The notes under the pieces were generated by a model, which saw nothing but the letters and a program-made list of their open reading frames with translations, was not told the DNA's origin and made no database searches. DNA of 64,000 nt from Azolla caroliniana (lineage: Eukaryota > Plantae > Polypodiophyta), in contig JBHGNT010000011.1 in assembly GCA_043228905.1 (NCBI GenBank), positions 17,794,001-17,858,000 on the forward strand, read 5' to 3'. Shown in pieces: positions 25,520-38,019 of this stretch. The position numbers and the translations under genes are program-made. Positions within the stretch are counted from its first letter, which is position 1, and each line of letters begins with the position of its first letter.

Positions 25520-28500
25520 ATTACGAAGTGGCGACCTATTACTATATTGAATACTATGTATAAAATATATGCCAAGTGTTGGCTATGAGATTTCAACCTT
25601 TTTTAATAGACATCATTCATAGCACCCAAACAAGGTTCTTATAGGATAGGAGTATATTGGATAACATTTTCTTATTTTGGGATGCGGTTGTAATTTCACA
25701 CGAATGAAAGAGGATTTAGCTATCTTGTTACTGGATTTTGAAAAAGCGTATGATGGAGTAGATTGGTCTTTTTTGAGGGGTACCATGGAAAAGTTAGGTT
25801 TTCCTAATCAATGGTTAACAATTGTTTCAACTCTTTACAACTCAACTACAAGTAGGGTATTAGTAGTTGGAAAGCTATGCCAAGCATTCTCAATTTCGAG
25901 GTCAGTGAGACAGGGATGTCCACTGACTCGTTTTTTATATTTGATGATTGGAGATGCTTTTTGTAGTTTTCTTACGAGTGATGTTGTGAATATAGAAGGG
26001 TTGCAATGGCCATGGTAGAGGAGCAAATTGTGGATTACCAATTTGTTGATCATACAACCTTGTATTTGCAAGGTTCTCATGATAATCTTTGACATAGAGT
26101 ACAACAAGCTATTGATAAATGTTGCTATGCTTCTAGAACTGTTATTAATTGGAAAAAGTCGGTGGGTTTCTAGGTGGGCACCACAATAACCCCTTTGTGG
26201 TGTCCACAAGAAGGGTTTCAATGGATCCCACATGGTAAACCTATAAGATATCTAGGATGCCAGGTTGGTATTAATCTTTCGCCGGATGGTCATGTAACTC
26301 CTATGTTGCTTGCCGTAAGAAAGAAATTGTTGTATTGCAATACTGCTAAATTGATGTTGGTAGGTAGGGTCGTTATTGCAAATCAAGTATTGTTGGCTTC
26401 CATGTGGTACATTTTGTAGGTTTGGTTGTGCTTGCGTTTAGCCCTATCACAAGTACAATGGCTTATTAGAAATTTTCGTTGGGGATCTAAAAGTTGCTCA
26501 TATGTTAGAGCCAAAGTGTATTGGAAAGTTATTATAGGTCCATAGGAAGAGGGTGGCTTGGATTGATTGACCCTCTTTTGCAATTTAAGGCTCCAGGTGG
26601 GGAGCCATGGAATTTTCTTTTGAGGCAAACAATGGTTAGGGTTATGAAATCTTTAGGTGGCAATTGGAAAGATAGTATTAGATGGTGGTTTTTAGGAGTT
26701 TTTACTCATTCCATTGATATTTTTCGTCAGGATAAATTTTTAGGAGAATCATGAAGGCATGGTGGGATTTGAAGCATAATTTGGTCCAATCTCTACCATC
26801 ATGTACGGAGGAATGGTTGCGTCAACCCCTCATAATGAACCCACCATTTCTTACAGAGGAGGGGGTAATGTTATGGAAGAGAACTAGGCTGAAGTGGGTT
26901 GATTTTGATAAAGGAGAAGTTGGGTCATAAAGGAATTGACCGACTTTTTCTTCTTCGACAATGGAGAACAAAAACCATGCTTATAGAACAATTTGGAGAG
27001 GGAACATTATGTACGCAGAGATGGATAGAGTGTTTACGATGTCTTCCTTTCAATGTTCTCAAATTCGCCCATTCTGGTATGGTATTGTTGGGGATCATGG
27101 GCTAAAAAAACTCTCATGAATGTCTTTATTTTGATGTTTTGCTTTCTGGAAAACTTCGTTCTATCTTTATGGAAGACAATGTTGTAACTTAAGGGAGTAT
27201 GATGCCTATTTGTATATTGTGGAAGAATGGTAAAAAGTGGATATTGAATCCCAAATCCAAATGATACAAATAGTTTATTTGAATTGTGGGTTTATGAGAA
27301 TAAGCCCATGGATCACCTTCTTAGGGATCCAGGTGAGTGGAAATGGCAAATATATCGACGTACGGAATATTGGGTAAGCAAAATCCCTTTTTTCTAGTAC
27401 TTTGTAAAAGTGGGTAGAGAATTGCTAAGGAGGGTTTTGGCTGTTGTGCTTGCAGCTTATAAATTTTGGAGATTCGGTAGTGTGTATAAGACTCTTGGTT
27501 GGGTGTTTATTGGAAATTGTTGTGGGCCGTGCAAATTCTTAAAAAAATTGTATTGTTTAGATGGTTGTTAGTATAATATGGGATTCCTATGAAGTCATGG
27601 ATGTGGGGGCATCGCCGTGATTTAAAATGTAATAGTTGTGGTTTTCATATTGAATTGGTTCACCATGTCTTATGGATATGTCCTATTGGTTGAGCAGTTT
27701 GGAAAAGAGTATTGAGAATTACGTATCCTGTTTATGTTAAACAGATGTACACGTAGGGTTTTGTGAGATGGGGAAGGCTTGATGAAGAAATACAAAATTA
27801 TGAAAAGGAGTGTGGTGTTTTTCTTCTTCTTTTATGCTACAACAATTAGTTTTTTGGTAGAGGACAAGGTTTGGCTACAATATTTCTTTAGTAATTTGGG
27901 TATTGTGGAAGGCAAGATTTAAATGTGTATTTTAGAAAGTCAAACAAAATGCGGTTGAGTTTTTATTATATATTTTTTAAAGAAAGATACACCATAGTAT
28001 ATTACTTGAGACATGCACATAGAGCAAACAGAAGGAGACATTTCATCTCACTTCAATTGTGATACAAAGGCAAGTACCAACATTTGATCAAACAAATGAT
28101 ATCATATAAGAAATAAATGTGGTTGAGTTATTCTAGACAATTAGTTTTTTGGTAGAGGACAAGGTTTGGCTACAATATTTCTTTATTAATTTGGGTATTG
28201 TGGAAGGTAAGATGAGAAAGTCAAACAAAATGCGGCTGAGTTATTCAAGGAGATATAATTGATGTTTTTACATACTCTAAGAGGTCAATATGAGGCAATA
28301 ACTGGTGAGCTTGATGTTATGTTTCATAATCATCAACATTTTAGAGAAATGTGGACAAAGGCAGAGAGGTCTTCACCTCTTTTGGGGAGAGAATAAAGTG
28401 GAGATATGCTCCACCAAGGTAGCTTTTTCCACCTCCCATTATGGAAGGATCCCGATTTTAGATGTGTAAATATAGTTTCTATGGTAGCTATATGAGGGCC

Positions 28501-28640
28501 TTTTCTATTCGACATGTTGGTTGATGTGGGTATGGTGGTTGTGTTTTCATGTATGAGTTCTTTGTAACCTTTGGCATCTTTCCATGAAAATCAAGGTGAA
28601 TCTTTGAAAAAAGAAAAGAAAGAAAAGAAAGAAAGAAAGA
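25520..28640 (+). mobile_element. Decayed LINE (L1-type) retrotransposon: RT domain, zf-RVT, 3' UTR and A-rich tail
   Basis: Frameshifted RT motifs WRPIT.LN..YKI.AK, QT.FL..RSILDN, LLDFEKAYD.VDW.FL, RSVRQGCPL, IRYLG, GRV.IANQVL; CNSC...IE..HHVLW.CP near 27630; ends in GAAAAAAGAAAAGAAAG at ~28606. Many stops and frameshifts. Confidence 0.9.
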
Positions 28641-31418
28641 TATCATGGATCGATCAATATCGTGTTCGACCAACACCTCTAATTGATGTTCATGGTCATA
28701 GCCATATATACAACAAGGAGACTATTGTGTACAGGAGATGGGGGTTCAATGGTTTGATTTATCTAGGATCACACACTCACAAACTAAACTCTATTATCCA
28801 CTCCACACTCGTAATCCCCAAGTTAGGAGACTTAAAACATAGAGATAAAAACCTTAAATATGCTACATGAGTTCCCCAAATATGTATGGATTATAGAGAG
28901 GGAATCGGCTTGCTTACCAAAGCAAAGCGTTCATCTAAGATAGCCAAAGAAATCCAACTTGAGTTGGATGAAAGGAACTCAAAAAATATATATGTGATTC
29001 TTAAAATTAGAACAATAAAAGTATGCTCCTGAACTTTCCACAATGACCACATGATATTAATTAGAACTCCCTCACAAGAATTAGCCATTAGAAAATGCAA
29101 CCCACCCTTATAGATAGTAAACAACTTTTGGCATGGACAACTTCAAAATAACAAAGATATCAAGGGAGATGAACTTAAAGTTAGTCAAGAAGGGGTGCTA
29201 AAAGATAATATTAAGCATTGGTCAGACACTTCATATGTCTTAGGTGATACCAACATTAGTCCAAAGCAACAACATGGGGGGCTTGTAAATATCAAGAAAG
29301 AAGCCTAATGTCCCCATATGAGAAAACGGACAAAGATGGAAGTACTTAAATGCTAAACTTTCTAGAACTAGAGTCTTTCCTCTCTAATAGCTTTAACTTA
29401 ATCCTTGAGCAAAAGGACTTAAACCTTAACTTCCCGTTGTAAGTGTTTAAACTTTTTAAATTGTTAAACCTCTCTAGTGTTCACCTATGAGGTGCAATTG
29501 GTATATGTTGTTTAAAAAAGCACAATGTTGTTGGTTTAAGGTTTACTGTGTTATTGTCAAGTGATAAATTATCAAGCATGAGAGTGTAGGTTAGGTCTTT
29601 ATATTACCACATTTTATTAAGAAAACTAAAAGTGGATAGATATGTGGAGTTTGCTATAGTGGCCCAATTATTCTATCAATAATATGATGCATGCCTTCAC
29701 TCATCTTATCAACAATACAATGTATGATCACCCAAATGAGTTACCAACCAACCAACTGCGTCTTTGCCAGACAATATTTGCCAGTAGTGCATCCCACTCG
29801 ACCCGAGGATTTAGTTTGTTCCTTGCTAAAATATCTTTGAAGAACTTGTATTGATTTTCCAGGTCAATCCTCACGAGCGGATATGGGGAGGATGGTGTCA
29901 AGGAAATACCTCTCGTAATAGCAAGTAGGAAAACTGATTTAATTGACATTTCTTGAGTGTGCATATCTACCTGCTTATTTGCACATGAGCTATTTGTTTT
30001 AACTAATCTTAGTATAACAACTCGTTGTTCGTTGATAATATTATTGTTTTCTTTTGCTTTGTCTTGATTGTTGTGTGTTGTCAATGGAGTTCAATCCCCT
30101 TAATCGTTCTTCCACCTTTTCTTATTCCTAATTCATGTAGAAAAGATGCATATGGTGAAGAAAATGGAAATGAACACTAGAGGGGAGTGGACACGAACAT
30201 GGAAGAGTGATTATTGGAGGATGGTAAGTTAGTGTAGAGAGGAAAACTTTTCATTTAAAAAATGAGTCACCAAAAAACTGCATAAGATGAGATCTGAGAG
30301 GGGTGCACGAATTATATATACATAGCTTTGTGCTTTTTTTAAAAATGACTTCAATATTGTTCTTTTTTCTCCGACCCCATATCTCTTTTCAAATGTTTCT
30401 ATATCATGCTTCTTAAATACTTTTACTTTTTCTATATGTTAATATTATCCTCACCTAAAGTTGTAGTACCTCACGGGATAGGTCATAGTCTTTGCTCTGG
30501 CACTGCAATGGACTTACGTCAAAGTTCAATGCTAATATTTTATTAGGAACGGTTTAGAATTCATGCTCCTAAACAATTGCATATTCTAAGATCATTTTTT
30601 AGTTGTCGTACATTTATAAATTGTGAATCAGAATATACATATATAAGAGGGTGCATTCTCTTATCTTTGTCTAACAAATATTGTGCAATAACGTTTGTGA
30701 GGATGGTTGATTTCTCTAGCTTCAAGTTTGACAAAGTTTCAATTGTTGTCTATTGTCTTAAATTGATGAAAGGATCCATCTTTTGTATACAATAAAATGT
30801 TTAAAAAAAAATTCATCCTTGTGTAACAAGCTTCACTTTGACCTTCTCCCTCATATGCTAACTTCTCCAAAGCCAAATTTGTCTCAAATTCTAAACCTCT
30901 TTGCATCACATATTGATCACAAAGTATGTGTCAAACTTCTCATACTTCCTTTTGTGTTAATCAACATTGAACTAATCATGCTTGTGACAATTAACAATTT
31001 CTGACAAAAAAAGTCGTGTGCACATCTTTTGAGATGTAAGGTGGTATTGCTTACGAGGATTTCTTGAGGATTTCGGAGTTACCATGTGAGGGGAGCCTAT
31101 TTCAGTTTGATGTTCAACCAAAGTTGCATTGACATTACGAAGAACCAAGTGAGGAAAAAATGTGATTATCTAGTTCCATTGGATGGACAATCATCAATCC
31201 ACCTAGGAGGCTCTTAAACTTCCTTTATCCTTACACAAATTTTTATTATCTAGTGAACATTGACATATTGCATTTCTAAAGTAATCTTGCTATGATATCT
31301 TTTCTCTCTCAAGTTTGTTAGATCCTTGGATTTCATTCACTCTTCTCAAGGTTTTATCTAGTGAGTCACACAAATCTTGCTCTTTAAAATATCTAGTGTT
31401 GTTTGAGGTACGCATCTC

Positions 31419-31444
31419 TTTAAACCCTAAACCCTAAACTCTAA
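31419..31444. repeat. Short interstitial plant telomere-like repeat / telo-box (AAACCCT)x2-3
   Basis: TTTAAACCCTAAACCCTAAACTCTAA. Confidence 0.55.
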
Positions 31445-33795
31445 CGAGTTACCTTAATGTTATGGAGAATCATAAGGTAAAACTCTTGTATTGCTTTAAC
31501 CTTAACCTAAGTAATATGGTGAGGTCATGACATTTACAATACAACATTGAGTCAAGCTCATGTATATGTGAATTGGAATATTTATAAGAAAATGTTAACA
31601 TTGTGATGGTTTTGAAGTTACACATTTGAATGAATATTACTATGATATTGTCCAAATAAAATTGGAATATTGCCATAAATTCTATGGATCCATTATAAAT
31701 GATAAATGTAACTCATCTTTTTGTTTCAAGTTTGTTCATTATTTACAAGGTATTTTTAGCATTTAAAATCTAATGAATCAAATAATTTCATAACGTGATT
31801 CTAAGTGAGCATCTCTTGAGTCCTACTAAGAGGAAATCTAAATTGTATTATCTTGGGCCTATATGTGGAGGGTGGAGTGGCCAATTGTATCTCAATTGCC
31901 CTAATGTATTGTCTTAACGAAAACACATATGTGATTATCTTTGATATATCGTGTCATTATTAGTCTAAAAATAAACTTATGATAGAAGCACACATTATGG
32001 AACTATCTACTCAACTTCAACAATTAGTCTTGCGAATTTATATGAATATGAACACATGGAAAATGTATTGATAACTGTAAATCATTTAACTTTCATTGAA
32101 ACACAAATCCACATTCACACAAATTGTTCAGATGTTATGAAGCAAAATAAGACTAATGTACCAAGCAACCAGGTGGTTGTTTCCGCCAATGGCTCAAGAG
32201 ATGTAAATATGTGTAGTTGCGATACAAATAACTTACCATTCTTGTTTACCCGGATAACTTTGTTGTAAAAGTGTAGGTGGGATAATTTTGTTTGAAATGC
32301 GGGGTTGGGGATTATGATTAGATTTGTGAGGGGAAGGCCAATGTGAGTTTTGGTGAATTTGCTTTCGGTTTTTGGAGTTGTTGGATATATACATCTCTCT
32401 AAGGTTAGGCCTTTGTGAATCTTAATGGCTGAACTTTGATGTATTTTGTTTTCTAACTAATGTGAAGCAGTGTTTTTTTCGGAAAAAAACAGTTAATTTT
32501 CTTTAGAATGTTATACAATGTGACAAGGAATAAAAATATTAAAAATGGGGTAATATTTTTATTTCATTATATCTGTGCGGTTCCCATAATCGCAAATATC
32601 AATAATTCAATTACGTACATTATCTGATAAGGTTGTGCATAAGGTCTTTTAAAGGGACCTTTCATTGGGTGACTTTGTTAATTCTATTTCGTTGCAACAC
32701 ACTATTCCAATTTAATTTTGGCTTTTCTCTAAAAATGATTCTATATGTTGAATACAATACAATTAAATGTAGTATTTTGTGTAGTTTCATTATCAATTTT
32801 TAAAGTAGCGGTAATTGGTCATGTTCAGAGTCAGTACTCAAGTCTCCCTCATGAAATACTAACTTTAAATGTTAAATTGAGATGATTGTGACTAGTTTGT
32901 CTAGCATGTTGACATGTTTTACTAGTATTGGCATACGGGAACCATTAGCATATCATGTTCATTATTGTCATGTTTTTAACATCAACATAAGAAGATTAAC
33001 GTAAAATATGTCCACAAATTTTACACAAAATGCATATGTTCATTATTTGCAAATTCCGCCTTCTCCATTAAATGTTTAGGAATTGTCATGAAGAAAATAT
33101 TCACATAAAATTTGATAGATTAGATTTACACTATAAAATTTCTTCTATTGAACTTTGAGGTAGTGCCATATAATGGAAAACTTTATTAGCATTACCTCAA
33201 AATATTAGGGCACTTGGATTAAGCAAACCTATGAAATATGCATCAACATGTGAGTCTCAACAAACTCAAGTCGAATAGAAAAAAAAAAGATGTCATGCAA
33301 TGAGTTCCAAAATTGGTCATTTGAGACAAGATGTCACATTTTCTAATTTTGTTATTCATCCATTAATGCTGTCAATTCAAATTGAAAGCTTTGAGTAAAA
33401 CTATTTTGTTGAAGCCCTACTACAAATGAGATTATGAGTTAGTTGAGTCACCTAAAGCAGACACTTGGCATTTATATTGGTAGGCTTTAAAAGTTTTGAT
33501 GTGAGAGGATGAGATTGAGGGGTGTTATATGTAGAAATTGTCGCACTACAACATAATTGAGATGAACATATTCACAACATGTGAAAACGATGAAATTTGC
33601 ATAACAATCAAAGACTGAAGGCTGAATTTATCTTTAGCCATTGACAATGTCATATAAAGATAGTGCAAGTGGGCTAGGCTTTCGTATTGGTTGGTAGCAA
33701 AGGTACATATAATTGAAACAATTTATTCATTGAGATGTTTATTTGTTAAGCTTCTTGGCCAGTTGGCCAATGCCACATACAGAAATTTGTATCAA

Positions 33796-33799
<4 letters not shown>

Positions 33800-33857
<58 letters not shown>
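33800..33857. repeat. (AG)n microsatellite
   Basis: Directly visible. Confidence 0.97.
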
Positions 33858-33860
<3 letters not shown>

Positions 33861-34702
33861 TTTTGCCTACTATGCATTAAATTGACTGTTCATTTTGAAT
33901 TTTTTTCCAACGAGTATTGCAATTGAGAGTGCATAACATGATTACGAGAGGAATGTGCATGGGAGTGGATAGGAGTGGCAAAGTGCGGAAAACAAACTTG
34001 AATATTGTCAAAGGCTTTTAGCATAGTAACAAACTTGATATATAGGCTCTTGAACTTGTTTAACGCAACATATGCAAAGTTGATATGTGTCTTCTTGCAA
34101 CCAGGCTTATGCTCTTCATATCTTTCCCATTCCAAGAGAAAGTGAGGTAACTCATATGAAAGAAATGGTATGGATGGTGGAGAAATGAATGAGCCCTAGC
34201 ATATATTGGTGATTGTGATTCCCTTGTTCGAAGTTGAAGAAGTTTTTGTACTTTGGTGCAAGATATGTAATATAATGTGTGAAAGGTGAACCTTCATATC
34301 TTTCACAAGCTATGATACATTAGCATTACAAACAAACCTCATTCATGGAGGAATCTATTGACACATCATTTAAAAAAGGTAATGCATCCCATTTTCCAAA
34401 CCATTTCTTCATATCCTACATACATGTAGAAAGCCATATTTTTGCTAGTAAGTGTCTTCTGAATTTGTTGACTTGATTCCCATGTGATTCTAGGACGTCG
34501 ATATGATAGGGTTTATTAAACCTTATGCAAATACTCAACAATTATTTTCATATCCATGATCTTAATGGAAAGTGATATAGTCTTAAAACAAAGGAGAATG
34601 TAACTTCATAAGGAAGCACTCCATACTTTAACCCTAGATAAATAGATTTTTAATATCCACGAAAGACTAGTTGTGATCTATAAGACAAGGCCTACGCCAT
34701 GT

Positions 34703-34703
<1 letters not shown>

Positions 34704-34772
<69 letters not shown>
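34704..34772. repeat. (AG)n microsatellite
   Basis: Directly visible; lies between two copies of a ~70-bp motif. Confidence 0.97.
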
Positions 34773-34775
<3 letters not shown>

Positions 34776-35453
34776 CATAGTCTTTTGTATTGGAGTGCTA
34801 CCACTCCATACTTGAACTCTAGATAGATAGATAGATTTTTAATGTCGACAAAAGACCAATTGTGATATATGAGAAGGGGCCTAGGCCATGGCCAAAGATA
34901 GAGATAGACATAGAGAGATAGAGAGATAAACGTCCACAAGAGGCAATAATATGAACAATAGGCGAGGTTGAGCAGATAGCGAGGATTGAACTTCTGCTCA
35001 CTCAAATGCATGTGATTCAATGCTACAACTTTCCGAAGCTAACTCCACACTAGTTTTTGTTTTTGTTTTTACAAACCCTTGTACATGCAAGTACTTGGGG
35101 GGTGACGCGAGCCTTCGACTACATCGGTCGGTAGGGAAGATATATATGAACCTAGACACAGAGACAAAAAGTGTGTGCGTTTCCTTCCTTGACTTACTTT
35201 TCTACTGTTACGAAGCTGGTCATGCTTTTTCTGATACGGTCCTTCAACGGATGGTACAGGGGGGTGGGGGTGGGGTCCATGTGTCCAACAGGGACATATC
35301 TATGAATGGAGATGGGATGGGATGGATGGGCATGGGTTCATCTTCTACTCTCCTGGGATCTGTGTGTGGTGTGTGTATGATTGGGGTTCTTGATTGATTT
35401 CTAGCTATTTAAGAGTCAGAAAATAAAGACAAACCAAGACTTGACCTTGAGAC

Positions 35454-35476
35454 CTCTTCTTCTCTCTCTTCTCTCT

Positions 35477-35523
<47 letters not shown>
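35454..35523 (+). promoter_or_regulatory. CT-rich/(CT)n tract in the promoter or 5' UTR of the PBL kinase
   Basis: Pyrimidine (GAGA-type) tract ~200 bp upstream of ATG 35722, with TATTTAA (~35406) and TATTTATA (~35522) boxes nearby; regulatory role is inferred. Confidence 0.45.
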
Positions 35524-35524
<1 letters not shown>

Positions 35525-35721
35525 TTATATCATAATTCCAGTCTTAGTTATCTGTTTTCCATCGCCCATTTTCGCCCTGAAGCCCCAGAACAAGCCCCAG
35601 AAACATGAACATGACCCCAAAGCTTGAAGCTTCCTTCAGTTGCCACCAAAGATTGTACTAATATTCTGATCAAAATTTGATTTGATTTGATTTGATTTGA
35701 TTTGATTCATTCTTCTTCTTG

Positions 35722-38019
35722 ATGGGGAATTGTGTCGGAGTTGCTGCTCAGGTTCAATCTAATACTCCCCCTTCTTCTTCCTCCCAAAGTCTGTCGGATG
35801 ATCCTAGTGAGTTTTTTTTTTCTGCCTCGTTAACGAAATCAGAAAGCTTTTTTAAATAAATAAATAAATTCCTGTCATTTTTAAATCAAAACCTGAGTCT
35901 ATTTTCATTATTAACCAAAGAAAAAGCTTTATTTTATTTTATTTCAAGCATAAGACTTATGGAAAAAATTAGTGAAATTGCTTTGCTTTAATTAAAAAAA
36001 CAAGAAACACTAAAAAGAATGCTGTTTGGTTGTTTCAATTTTATGCTGGAGATTGGTTTGAGTTGAAGGAAGAGATATGTTTTAATAATTAGGAGCAGTC
36101 CAGTCAAAGTATGAGGTAGAGATAGTCACTTAGTTTAACATGTTTGCCTTTTTTCTATGGCGGTAGCGCAATCCGAAAGATTCGGCCCTCCATTACATTC
36201 ATTCAACTATAATGTTTTGAAAGAGGTCACACGGAATTTCCAGAGCAGCAACTTTGTGGGTGAGGGTGGGTTCGGGAAGGTGTTCAGGGGATACATCGAT
36301 GAGAGAACTTATCAGCCCAGTAAACCCGAACATGGTATAGCTATTGCGGTGAAAATACTGAACTCAGCTGGCACACAAGGCCATAAGGAATGGTTGGTGG
36401 GTAGTCTCGATTCTTGAATGAAAATCTTGGTATCAAAATTTTGTATGTTTTCGGGAGGTGTTTTCTCATCTGAGGGTATCTGTAATATGGAAGTAATATG
36501 TTTTTTCCTGTTTCCACCAAAATAGCCCTATGTTTTTTCCTGTTTTCACCAAGGTGCTCTGTTGGTCATTTAAAAAACTTAGGGATAAATCAGTGTTTAT
36601 GTCCCCATGAGTTTATATGTAAGTAAGCGAACACTTTATTTCATCTGCATTCAAGTTCTAGTGAAAACCAAAGCTTATGCCCCCATGGGTTTATATGTAA
36701 GTAAGCAAACACTTTATTTCATGTGCATTCAAGTTCTAGTTAAAAGCAAAGCTTGCTGAAGGCACCTATTTTTTTCCGATGAATACAATGAAAACCCTTT
36801 TCCTATTTGATTGGTTTTGTATCGAGCACAGGCGGAAGTCAACTTTCTTGGTCAATTTCGTCATCCCAATCTTGTAAAGCTAATCGGTCACTGTGCTGAA
36901 GATGATCGTCGTCTTCTTGTGTATGAGTTCATGTCACGAGGAAGCTTAGATATGCATCTCTTCGCGAGTGAGTTGTTCAAATCTTTGTTTCACACTGCAA
37001 AGGCTCCATGGAGATCATTTAGATTTTTTGTTTGTCTTGAGTTTGGACATGAAAGACCATGTTTCTTGTTTTTAGGTACTACATTAAGAAGAAATGTCTT
37101 AACATGGCCAGTCCGGATGAAAATCGCTGTTGGTACTGCACAAGGTCTTGCATTTCTCCATGATTCAGCAAGGAAAATCATTTACCGAGATTTGAAGAGC
37201 GCAAACATCTTGTTAGATTTGGTAAGTAATATATGATTTTAACAATCAATAACAAAGTATAAAATGAGGCATCTAATTTTATCTTCAGCATAAAAAACAA
37301 TCATATTGTCTGTTTAGTCAAATGCAACCAAGACATTTCTTCAAAAAGTATGGCTTTACAAATTCGAAATTTCACAACCCATGGGTTAAAAACATTACCA
37401 TTGCCATTTATGAAAGGCCACTGCTGATGAGAAGAAGATAGAAAATAAAAGACTCAATTCTTAACGGATGTTTCTCTTTTCAGCAATTCAATGTAAAGCT
37501 TTCAGATTTTGGCTTTGCCAAGAATGGGCCTACAGGAGATAATACTCATGTTTCGACTAAGGTTGTGGGGACATTGGGATATGCGGCTCCAGAATACGTT
37601 GCAACAGGTTAGGTTATTGAGGGTACAAATGCACTTATGTTACAACATGAGAATAGAGTATATTGTTCTGAATGGAGTTTGTTGTGGGAAGTGTTACAGG
37701 ACATTTGACACTGAAGAGTGATGTATATAGCTTTGGGGTTGTCTTGTTAGAGATTCTTACAGGACGACGAGTGATTGACCAAAAACATGGGCTTGAGACT
37801 AACTTGGTAGAATTGTCCAGACCCTGTTTTGATGATTTTCACAGGCTTATGCGCATCGTAGATCCAGAACTTGCTGGTGAATGGCCACGTGAAGGTGCCA
37901 GGATAGTGGCTGCAGTGGCAAAAGAATGTCTTTGTCTCAATGCGAAACTTAGACCCACGATGAAGGAGGTACTTGAAAAACTCATGCCTCTCGCTCCAAA
38001 CATCTATGAGGATGTTTGA
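35722..38019 (+). CDS. PBL: Receptor-like cytoplasmic kinase, RLCK-VII / PBS1-like, 6 exons, ~346 aa
   Basis: Exons 35722-35806, 36167-36396, 36832-36967, 37076-37221, 37484-37607, 37700-38019 (GT-AG, phases consistent). N-terminal MGNC lipidation motif, [72 protein letters not shown]. Confidence 0.93.

Noticed and set aside
27840-28240. Internal ~100-bp duplication near the LINE 3' end
   Set aside because: Rearrangement within a dead element; not an LTR pair.
36590-36755. ~80-bp tandem duplication in PBL intron 2
   Set aside because: Ordinary local duplication; does not affect splice sites.
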